From assembly GCA_951406725.2 (NCBI GenBank), contig OX597817.1, forward strand, positions 36,394,001-36,458,000: a stretch of 64,000 bases of DNA. Reading direction: 5' to 3'. Position 1 is the first letter of the stretch, and every line of letters starts with the position of its first letter. Below, piece after piece: positions 53,151 to 64,000 of the stretch. A program made the translations under genes and the position numbers. Origin of the DNA: Octopus vulgaris. Lineage: Eukaryota. The notes below the pieces were generated by a model. It did no database searches. It saw nothing but the letters and a program-made list of their open reading frames with translations, and was not told where the DNA came from.

Positions 53151-55134
53151 CCTCCCGAATCCACAAGCGGTGAAAGATGAAGTGACCAATACACTGACAC
53201 TGTAATTGAAAAAAAGAACTACACGCTCCACCACGACAGTAATTGTACAAACAAAAAATCATTTTTATTTCTCTCTTCCATTTTTCTCTCTCTTCTCCAC
53301 TTATTTCATAGAAGCTCAGTGTGACTGAACTTTCAATAATGTACATTTGTTATGAACTTCGCCGAACATTAACATTGATACTACTATCTATCCCTTTGAA
53401 ATTTCTGTGAACGTTTGTACACTTGATGGTTTAAAAAATGTTTGTGCAATTCTTACCTTGTAATTTTGAACTCTCTTAAATCGTCCCCATCCTTTTTTAA
53501 ATATATATTTGTACCATTCATAAGCAAAAAAATTGTCGAAGCTAGTTTGGTATGTGAATAAATCTATTTAAAAACGATTACACATGCATTTTCAATGACT
53601 CAAGTGCATTTTCAAAGGAAGGTCTTTTCAAACCGACAACACGGCGTAAATGCTTGTACCTTTGATGACCCCGCTAAAGCTACCTCATGTACCAGGTGGT
53701 GGTGTCAAACTTGGGACAGAATACATCTACGAGGCAAGTAGGCTATGGTTGAATTCTAAAACTTACAAAGAGCCACTGATTTGCTTTAAAGCATGCAGTC
53801 CGCTGTTGCTACAGTTCTGTCAATTCACCCGGTCTAGATTGGTATTTGTATCGACCCCGAGAAAGATGAAAGGCGAAGTTGAGATCATTGGATTCTCTAT
53901 TCAGACAGGGAGAGAGGAATGATATAACATTATGCCTGAAAGTGTAAAGAGCTGATATTATATAAGGATATTACATAGTTTATGTTCACCAAGTTCATGA
54001 ATTTTAATGAACGCAAATATAAAACTGTTTTATGTATATATGATATTATTGAGAATTAAGTGTGTCTTCATTTTGAAATTACCTCTTTTCATACTTAAAA
54101 GGAACATTCTAAGCTATTATTAAATTCAAATTTTGCTCAGAGTAACTAATATATTTGCATTTTTAATTTTAAAACACTATTATGAACTAATTTAGTCTTG
54201 GAAGCTTGTCATCATTTTATTAAACACAATCTTAAAGATATATTTAAAATATAAAATATTAATTCTTTTCTCCTCTTGGCAAGAGTCTCTTGCCAACGTG
54301 AAATTAAAATAATCCAGCCAGTATGATGCTACACTAATAATATACTGGATGATAGTTTAAATTGGACAGCATTTTTTAAATCAAATAATTATGTGGATTT
54401 ATTAAATATAATGTCAATAGCTTGTCTAAGAAATATTTTTTCTAATGGGTTCTTCAAGTAATATCAAAGCAGCAATCATTTTCCAATAGAGATTAATTTA
54501 TTATTCTTAAATATATCATTCGGGAATTATTATGATAAGTTTTATATCAAAAGCTTCGTAATGGATTTCTCTTTTATTATTCCACTGTAATTAATTAGTT
54601 GAATTTATTGGAATGCTTCATGTAAAAGAATGCTGCTAGTCAATGATAGGTTCTCCCTCTGGTCATGGATAAGTATTAGGGAACATCAACACATATTACA
54701 AAATCAGTGCTGATACATTATGAGAAGTAGCTATAATATTTTGCCGAGTGAATCAATATAATTGACAGTTTCATCCAACGGATTTTCGTTATTCTGCTGC
54801 TGCGGCTGTTGTTGCTGTTTAAAATACAGTCCAATAGAAAGGTCTTCCATCACTGAAGATTAACACTTTTTGTATTACAAGACCTACATTTTCCACTATA
54901 GTTATTTGAGAGAGGTTTTTCTACTCTCTCTGGCAGACAAAATGAGTACCAAAATCACTTGATGGCTGTTATGAAGCCTATGCGTAAGATATACTCCCCA
55001 TCTTCATGGATTACAGGATGTTCATGATAGTAAGACAGAAATATTACATTAGAAACATTGCAAGTATCACACTAGGAAAAAAGACGTAATTGCTTAAATA
55101 CATGTATGTCTGACTACTAATATATAAAACTTTT

Positions 55135-55460
55135 GAGGAGCACTCCGTCTGTTGCGTCGACGAGGGTCTCAGTGTGATACGATCAACGGGACAGCTTGCT
55201 CGTAAATTAACGTGCAAGTGGCTGAGCACTCCACAAACACGTGTACCCTTAACGTAGTTCTCGGGGAGATTCAACGTGATACAGTGTGTGACAAGGCTGG
55301 CCCTTTGCGATTCAGGTACTACTCATTTTTGACAGCTGAATGAACTGGAGCAGCGTAAAATAAAGTGTCTTGCTCAAGGACACAATGCGCCGCCGGGAAT
55401 TGAACTCACGACCTTACAATCATGAGCCGAATGCTCCTAACCACTAAGCTACGCGCCTTC
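55135..55460 (-). mobile_element. SINE family C
   Basis: Colinear with 12935-13262. Confidence 0.9.
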
Positions 55461-55780
55461 ACATGCATAACTACCTACAGGGATACATTTGAAATTTTCT
55501 GTATCAGTATGCATTGGTGCAAGAAAATGTACCCACATATTCATATAAATAAAGAGCACTTAATAATCGCAGATAAATAAGCCATTGTGTTATTAGATAT
55601 GGTAGATATATTCTACATTAGCGATGTTGTTTTTATAGTGATTAAGAACAAAGATGTTTTCAAGTAATAACATTAACGCTTTAAAAAGCGTCTCCAACTA
55701 TATACATAGGAGCAAATCTTACGTTACATATATATATATATTTTTTTATTTATCTAGTTTCAGCTCACAAGCTGTGGCCA

Positions 55781-55861
55781 TAACGTAAATAAGTAGTGTT
55801 ATGTTTGGAATTGTTGGAGATACTGAAGCCTTTCCAAACATAACGCTACTTATTTACGTTA
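55781..55861 (+). repeat. 30-bp hairpin adjoining a short CR1 3' tail (about 55749-55781, minus strand)
   Basis: taacgtaaataagtagtgttatgtttggaa / ttccaaacataacgctacttatttacgtta with a 21-nt loop. Confidence 0.85.
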
Positions 55862-56026
55862 GAGGTGAATCACACTTGCATTGTATTGGTATTATTGTAG
55901 CTATGCAAGATGTTAAGTTGCCTTGGTTTTATTTCTTTATATCACAATTCGTGGAAGTCGAGCACTGACTGATTTAGAGTATCTCTACTCTAAGTTTTCT
56001 AGTATGTGTATATACATAAATACCTA

Positions 56027-56066
<40 letters not shown>

Positions 56067-56107
56067 TTTTTTCTCTCCTTGTTTCTCTCCTTGATTTTTC
56101 TGTGTCC

Positions 56108-56143
56108 CTTTCTGTAGAAGAGCGTAGGCTCGAAACGTAAAAG
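56108..56143 (+). ncRNA. Minimal hammerhead-like motif in a Penelope-type repeat (about 56062-56237)
   Basis: CTTT CTGTAGAA GAGC gtag GCTC GAAAC GTA AAAG. Confidence 0.6.
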
Positions 56144-56372
56144 ACTTTTTCTATTCCTAAGCGTTATACTAATACATCTGTTTGTTTTGTACACCACCTG
56201 TCTTCGTCTTTTGTTTTTTTCGTAAACTCTCCCTATATACATATACATATTTATATATATATATATATATATAGTTAATCCAAACATGAAAGCACAAAGA
56301 GAAAACACAACAACACGAGGACGTGGAACAAGTATAGTGTTATTGGACGCTCAGGAAAAGAAAGAAAGAAGG

Positions 56373-56412
56373 AGGATTTAACGTTTCGAGCGGAGCTTTT
56401 CGTCAGAAACCT
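56373..56412 (-). ncRNA. Minimal hammerhead-like motif in a Penelope-type repeat (about 56274-56482)
   Basis: Minus strand aggttt CTGACGAA aagc tcc gctc GAAAC GTT aaatcct. Confidence 0.62.
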
Positions 56413-57029
56413 AGGAAAAGGAAAGATCCAAGGAAGGGAAGACGGAGAAAAAAAATCGTCAACGATACACACGTGGTCACATATTATATATATATATGTG
56501 TGTGTGTGTCTGTGTCTGTGTGTGTGTGTGAGTGTGTGTATGAGTGTGTGTTTGTACATAAATATATATATACAATATAAAAAAAAAATTCCTCACGAAA
56601 ATATATATGCCTAAAATTGTTTCGTATCAAAATATATGTAAATATATGAAATCTGACAGTTTACAATCGTTTCACGAAACTATTGTCATTATTATAGAAT
56701 TCATTGTTGATAGACATTGCTAGACAATACATCTGCTCGTCAGAGGTGGAGAAGATAAAGATTTTATAATATGTTGAATATTATAATTAGACGCGCTGGT
56801 ATATACATGTATTTGCAATCACACACACGCGCGCGCATAAGAAACTTCTGCTTATTAGATTTGTTTCTGCTTATTAGATTTGAATCCCATGATCACATTG
56901 GTTGATTCGCTGTGTTTATGGTAAAAGCCTTTGAACACAGGGATTGGTCTCAGAATTATGTGACAGCAAAACAATCTTCCTAATCACAGAAGCACGCCAG
57001 CATGCAGGAAAAAGTTTATAGTTTATATA

Positions 57030-57200
57030 TTGGGTTGGTGCATAATTATTGCGACCTTTTTTCAACAAATTTTATTCAACAAAAACAATAGCAACATATA
57101 AAAACAACATCTTTAAATTATTATTTCGGAGTATATTCACCATCTACTTCAATTACTACTTCCCATTTTCTTGGCAGACTGTCAGAACGTCATCTAAAAA
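57030..57200 (-). mobile_element. 3' end fragment of a mariner
   Basis: ta|ttgggttggtgcataattattgcg TIR; minus-strand LPRKWEVVIEVDGEYTPK*. Confidence 0.8.
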
Positions 57201-57569
57201 TGTTATGCCATGTGAAATTGTTACTGTTGCTATTATTGCTGTTGTTGTTAAGTTTGTTGCTGTCTTCTTCTTCTTCTTCTTCTTCTTCTTCTTCTTCTTG
57301 CAACCAGGACTCACGCCATTAGCCTCAAAGATTAGTCTCTAATTGGAGCCTACTCTAAGTAAGTAAGAATGCGTGTGGGAACCCACCACACGCGATAGAC
57401 TGGCGGTTGCACGGGCGCCAAAGCTACGTTGTTATCCTCATTCCGTAAACGGTGGCTTTTAACGTGTGGAGTGCTGAACCATCCGGGGGTACAGCGGATT
57501 CGCAATCTAGACTGGGGTCTGAAAGTTTGCCACACCATAGTGGGTTACACCATGGTTCCTCTGCTTTGT

Positions 57570-57721
57570 GGCAGAAGTAGGAAGAAAGAGTGAGAGAAAG
57601 TTGTGGTGAAAGAGTACAGCGGTGTTCATCCCCTCCCCGCCGGATTTCGTGGAGCTTGGGGGGTTTTGCTCAATAAACACTCAAAATACCCGGTTGGGAA
57701 TCGAAACCGCGTTCTTACGAT
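57570..57721 (-). mobile_element. Partial tRNA-derived SINE
   Basis: Minus-strand B-box ggtttcgattccc followed by a gtgtttattgagcaaaacc core. Confidence 0.6.
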
Positions 57722-58162
57722 ACGATATGCTATAACAATATGATGAAGGCAAAATACCCGAAGACAATATTCTGCATATTATGCGCAAAAATCGTACGAT
57801 ATTGAATATAAGGAACTGAAGAACTTGCAGCTTAGCATATTGGAATGCGCATAGAGATTACAGTAAATAAAAAATCACTGGTCATTTTAGATTATCCAAG
57901 CAATTACTAGACAAAACCCCTTATTGAGTTGTTCATAATATAAAGACATGAACGTAATTATATAGCTAAATATAGCCCGAGGGGTTAGGGAGTAGTAAAA
58001 GGGAACAGATGCAAGACGTATGTATATGTTTATGTACACCGTGATGTGTAAAATGTTTCTAGTTTGCTTATATGTATTATAAGATATCTGTATATATGAG
58101 TATGTGTGTATATATAGATATACATTATGTATACATTATATATATTATCAGTATATACGTGA

Positions 58163-58195
<33 letters not shown>

Positions 58196-58253
58196 TGTAT
58201 GTATGTATGTATGTATGTATGGTATGGATGGATGGATGGATGGATGGATGGCA

Positions 58254-58933
58254 TGTCAGGTCACTTTCGAGTGCTACTGGTAACATGAAACCCAGTACAA
58301 TCTGTTGCATGGTCTGGCCGTCGGCGACTAAACCGGCAACCCCACCAAGCTTACTTGGTGAGGAGGGTGTTTATTGGACACCCTGCGGGATGAAAAACAA
58401 AACCCGTCAAAGGGCGGAGGAACTCTTGAGCGTCAACGGCCATCCAATAAATGTGTAATATTTTTTTCTTAACGCTTAAGGCTGTATCATGCGTGGAGAC
58501 ATAGAAATAATCGGGCTGAATACCCGATCGCGCGGTTAAACCATTGGGAGTGAAGGACTTCTAGCCTTTGTTAGGGCATCCTGCTAGGAGAAGGTAACTC
58601 AGGTAACTGGGATAACTCCGACATAAAACCTGCGGCTCAGTGGATTACCGATGATGTTGACTTGTTCTTCTTTTCGGATTATGGCTGCTGTTGCTTAGTG
58701 AGTGGGATTGACTCAGTGCACAGCCTTTCCTCACTTTAAAAAAAATCTTCTTGCACAGGCATTGCATGATAACAACATTGTTCATGATTGTTGATGGTGC
58801 TGTGAGTCTCAACTGAATGGCTGGTTGTAGCCTTAAAAAGTAAATAAAAGTCACATTCGATCACAGCACCAATAAGGGTTAAGCTTCGTGCAATGGCCAT
58901 ACTCGATAACGAGGGAGCAGCCATCATCATCAT
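58254..58933 (+). mobile_element. Non-coding retroelement with RTE-like ends (family E), longer copy
   Basis: Matches 34231-34768 plus about 95 extra bp near the 3' end; (CAT)n tail; atggatggatg on both flanks. Confidence 0.78.
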
Positions 58934-59594
58934 GGATGGATGTCATTATTCAGTTTTATTTCAAGATTTCTTGCCAATAGAGAAAGAACCGGTTTCTAAC
59001 TTAGATCTCAGGCACCTTCATTGGAATTTCGACATCAACAACAAGGTATTTTTGTATGTATGTATGTATGTATGTATGTATGTATGTATGTATGTATGTA
59101 TGTATGAATGTATGTATGTATGTATGTATGTATGTATGTATGTATGTATGTATGTATGTATGTATGTATGTATGTATGTATGTATGTATGTATGCATACG
59201 TGCAGATTTGTATATTTTGTTTTATGTATGTCTTCTCATGCATTTACTTGTAAATGATAAACTTCAGGAAAGTTTCCCAAATTTTACAGTTCCAGTGATG
59301 ACTTGTATCTTCGAATCAGGTTTCTCCTTTCCGGTTTTGAGAAGCCCAATTTAGGCAGTGCGTTACATATCCCAGTGCCGCAATAATTACATGTATAGAG
59401 TAACTGAAAATTTTTCAATAGTTCAGGCATAGGTATCCTCTCTTTCCTTGATCTTCAGCTTTACGTTAACTTCTGCTGGGCAGCTAATTTCCACAACTGT
59501 GCACAGTTTCTCTTCTCTATCTCAAATCATTATATCAGGTCTATTGTGTTTACATTACATGTATGTTTGTACATGTATTACACACACACATGCA

Positions 59595-59647
<53 letters not shown>

Positions 59648-59689
59648 CCACACTCACAAGCGATCGCGCTTAAGACTTGTTTTAACAAA

Positions 59690-60140
59690 ATTTACCTGAA
59701 TCCCACCCTCTTGACAAAACTAATTGAAACTTTTCCTAGAAAATTTAATAGTAACCACTGACTTTGGTGTATCTTTGACTAATAACCTGATATATTTCAT
59801 GCCTTTAACACCTACATTTATACATATCATTGTTTATGGACCCTCAAATAACAAATGCTAAATTGTAACCCCTAACATTTTCAAATGCATAAAGATTTCC
59901 GAAAAGAACCGAAGAAATGTTCGACTAACTCATTATGACCAGAATAAGATATGTCGTCCTAGCAAATGAACGCCTATAGCAATACAAATGTTAATACCTT
60001 GCACAAACAAGCTCATCTGCACTCAAATACGGACAACTATCCCGCTCACTAAATTTAGATAACTTATTAATTAATATCACTCGAACACAAAACATTCTTT
60101 TGTCAAATCAGAGACATTAGCTCCACCAACTTTTTGCCTC
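59690..60140 (+). mobile_element. Possible ancient CR1/L2 RT C-terminal relic
   Basis: DFGV and ERL...TL-like remnants only. Confidence 0.25.
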
Positions 60141-60277
60141 TATATGCAAATGCTTTCTTTTCTTTGTTCATTTTCCTTCTTAAACAACAACGTTTTTCTG
60201 CTAGCAACCACACCTAAGTTTCGCATACGTCGCCCCATCCACCATATGTTCTCAAGAACATATATATATATATATAA

Positions 60278-60330
<53 letters not shown>

Positions 60331-60333
<3 letters not shown>

Positions 60334-60470
60334 TGCCTTCGAAACACGTCCGAGTTAACTAGCGACAGCTGATGATGGTGGATTTTTACTTGTGTAGCCT
60401 GTCCTGTACTTGTCGTAAAAATTTTTTGTTTTTCCCGTTTCTACGTCTTGTTGTGGCGTCCTGTACTTAC
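60331..60470 (+). mobile_element. Penelope-type terminal relic with the 3' half of a hammerhead
   Basis: c GAAAC ac GTC cgagtt, then a T-rich tail like those at 16520-16616 and 56150-56237; begins at a (TA)n tract. Confidence 0.4.
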
Positions 60471-60568
60471 GTATATTTATTTATATATGCATGTATATAT
60501 ACATGTAGATATAGGTACGTACATATATGTTTGTATGTATGCATATATTTTTATTTATCACACACACA

Positions 60569-60608
<40 letters not shown>

Positions 60609-60855
60609 GATGAAAAATCATACCTGTTAACCATCCTTTCTTCTCTATAAACACAGACTTATTTCATCTCTTTGTCCATCCTCTTTATTACATAATGTTT
60701 CCTCCTTTCGCCATACAAAATCATTGACACCGCACCTAATTTGCATATACGCGCTCAACACACAGCATGATCCTCTGTCAAGAGAAAAGCTAAGTATTCC
60801 AGTCTGAAAACAGCTTGTAAAGCCGATACTTGCAAATGACTCATGATTGTTAACC

Positions 60856-61134
60856 ATTTCCTGGTAAAATACACGGTGAGCAGTAATAAAATCACAGGAG
60901 AAAAAGTCACAGTAATCATGTCACAATTTTGGCTTGGAAAAATGTCACAATTAATTCACAGCGGCCCATAATGAAGTCACAGAAAAAAGTCACAATTGAT
61001 TTAGGTGATCCGGACAAGCCCCTCCTCCAGGAAAAAACTGCCTCGGACAAAACCCATGTGATATTTTTCCTGTGATTTTATTAACTTGACTTTTCCTGGG
61101 ACTTTTTTACCTGTGAATTTTTTTTACCTGGATT
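60856..61134. mobile_element. MITE-like DNA element with subterminal repeats
   Basis: Repeated aaaagtcacag in the left half and inverted ctgtgatttt / ctgggactttt in the right half; ends cctggtaaaa / ttttacctgg. Confidence 0.6.
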
Positions 61135-61438
61135 CAAATACATATACTTATGAATGTAACTACACATTCTAATCCTGTTACAAACCGTGCGAGCGTTCTG
61201 TCTGTTCGTGCTCAACATGGTATCTAGTTTGGAATTTTATTTCATGGCAGTTCAAAAGAGCTTACTAGATAACATCATATTCCATTTTATGAAGCTGAGA
61301 TAAATATTTTAGCAACTTTTCAGAGGGCAGTGTCACCGATGACGGGATAATGTAATAGGAAGGTATATAGATAGATAGGTAAATATATATATATATATAG
61401 ATAGGTAGATAGGTAGATAGATAGATAGATAGATGGAG

Positions 61439-61495
<57 letters not shown>

Positions 61496-61663
61496 TGAGT
61501 ATCAATCGTGACAACCAACTGGTTCTTTATTATAAACCAAGGAAGGATGTAGAGCACATGCAGCTGCAGTGGTATTTGAGCTCTAAACAAAAAGAGTGGT
61601 GAGAATTATCGCAAACCATGTTCGACTACAATCGATATATCGTGTGTGTACGATGTATACATA

Positions 61664-61739
<76 letters not shown>

Positions 61740-61849
61740 CATATATACATATATGTATATACATATACATATATATACATATATATATATATACATATAT
61801 ATATATACATATAGTAAAGAGAAAAGCACCTCTTTGACACAATCATGTT

Positions 61850-61887
<38 letters not shown>

Positions 61888-62552
61888 CTTTTCAATGTAT
61901 TTGTCTCTGTCTTTGTCTGTGTGTACCTGTATTGTGTGCATATAAGTATACGTATACCAATCCATATAGATGTACATAACTTATGTATAAGTGTTTGTGT
62001 GTGTGTGTGTGTGTGTATGTGTGTGCACATATATATGTGTATATGTGTGAGTGTGTGTTTGAGTGTGTGTATTCCTGTATGTGTTTCTTTCGTGCGTATG
62101 AGTACGTCTACGTGTAAGCTTTGTCGGTATTTTCAGTCTTATAAAATTGGGATATGTGGGGCTGTCAGGCTTGCTTAACAATACGCAATTTGCTATACAC
62201 AAATATTACTTATTTGTGATATCAAAAAAATAAAGTGTATACACTTCTAAAACACCAACAGAACAAAAAATGGCCGCGTATCCTTTCTTCTCCGTCCGTG
62301 ATATACTTGTGATAGGATGAAACGCGCAAAATACAAAAGGATACAAAAAGAGACCCAGCTTTGTATACATCTTACAGAACTATTTACAGTAACCTATTTT
62401 GGGAAAATACACATGATTAAAGCATCGAAATCTCTCATTCTTTTCTCAGTTACTGTTGTTTATTTTCTTGTCTGTTTTTCTCTCCGTCTCTTCACATCTT
62501 TGTGTCTCTATCGCCTGGCTGTCTCAGTATCCCTGTTTTCATATACATACAT

Positions 62553-62615
<63 letters not shown>

Positions 62616-62616
<1 letters not shown>

Positions 62617-62850
62617 TAGCAGAGATACCCGGCGTTATCCGTGTTACATACAATTGAAGAATTAGACTTTTCTGTTATATTTTCTCTAGTGAACTGGAAT
62701 ATCCGTTTCGAATTTCATCAAAATTGCAGATGAGGGTTATTTCCCTCTTTACACCCCCACCCCCAATAATTGTAATCGTGCCACATATATCCCATACTAC
62801 TGAGTTTTATGCGCATATTCCAAAATTCCAGTCTTATTGAACCTGTTAAA
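62616..62850 (-). mobile_element. Helitron 3' end
   Basis: Minus strand acggataacgccgggtatctctgCTAG|T, same end motif as 51602-51630; far boundary uncertain. Confidence 0.65.
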
Positions 62851-63918
62851 AAGATTTTGCTCCTGAAAAATGAATGTCATAGACCTCTAAAATGTGAGAG
62901 GTAAGGCTCCTGTTGGGGTGGGGGGTGGGCATCTTAATGTCAACCAGAGAAGTTGAATTGTTGAGAATCTTTTTTACTTGGATCTTATATCTAGTGTTTG
63001 AATTTCTTTCAAATAGGAAATATATGTTCATTGGGTTTGTAAAAGAAAGCAAAGCTACAGGAAACCAAAAGACGAATGATCACAATAAGCAGTCAGTTAC
63101 CCTACCCTAGGCGTTACCACTCCCAATGTAGGATTCCTCAACATCCAGATGACAGGCACAGCCGTAAGATGCATTACGAATCTATAGCAATTGGAAGGGC
63201 GTGACCCAACTGAAATAAACATTAACAACTGTTTGACGTGAGGGCTAAGGAGAAATGAAAGTTGAAGTTTGCAAATGACACTATACTGATATGTAACTGG
63301 ACAGAATAAATTTACAATCTATAAATGTCTTTGAATAACCAGTCACTCATCTGGGAAGGCCTTGAAATCAATGTTACCATCTGGGGACTATGTGTGACCG
63401 AGTGATAATAAAAAGACTGAAAGGAGGTCTGCAATCAAATAACTTTACTCAACACTTTGCAACTGAATCAGTGCCTCTCACTTACTTGACAATTTATGCA
63501 TCACATTGCAGAAATCACAATGTAAGTGTATGCCAAAGCAAACTCTTACACTTTTGTACCATTGAATTACAAATAATGCCCAACTTTTATGCTCGAGTAA
63601 CCCTACAGCTTCCAAGAGCTCAACTGTATTCGTTTTTGCTTTGATAAAATGACAAAATTGTGGGTGTTAAGTCCTCATGGTGGGGTCTTTATAACTTGTA
63701 AGAAGATGAAATTTTATAAATATTACTTCATTTGTGTCTAATATCTATGGTTAAAATTTCCTCAGCAGCAAAAATATATGAATTGTCATGGGGGTTATGG
63801 CCCTTATGGATAGAATATAATTTTCAAATTTCATAACATCCATTCAGTACTTTTGACCTAGTTTTGGATAAAAAAAGAAATGACTAAAATTTGTGAGTTA
63901 AGGCTCCCATTAGGGTTT

Positions 63919-63994
<76 letters not shown>

Positions 63995-64000
63995 AAATCC

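Noticed and set aside
63380-63918. Possible Helentron or satellite-type internal repeats
   Set aside because: No termini or clear periodicity could be established by eye

Overview
This is an AT-rich, microsatellite-saturated eukaryotic window, intergenic or intronic. The SINE families and the simple-repeat landscape point to an octopus (coleoid cephalopod) genome; this is inferred, not proven. No host protein-coding gene can be supported, and almost all ORFs in the track are translations of (CA)n, (TA)n, (TATG)n or (TATC)n repeats. The recognisable content is mobile DNA: several tRNA-derived SINE families, six mariner relics, a piggyBac deletion derivative nested in a mariner MITE, a same-orientation stack of R4/Dong-like LINE pieces, RTE and CR1 3' ends, and Helitron/Helentron-type non-autonomous elements. 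Three signals stand out. (1) A 396-bp unit present as about 1.4 tandem copies (50703-51265) has a near-canonical type I hammerhead ribozyme at its junction, i.e. retrozyme or Penelope-type architecture; at least six further hammerhead-like motifs occur in the window, several with a recurrent non-canonical core. (2) A complete 1.85-kb ORF1-only L1/Tx1-type element (HAL1-like) sits with a 15-bp target-site duplication inside the tRNA head of a SINE. (3) A piggyBac mini-ORF fuses the N-terminus in frame to the C-terminal cysteine-rich domain. All alignments and folds were made by eye.
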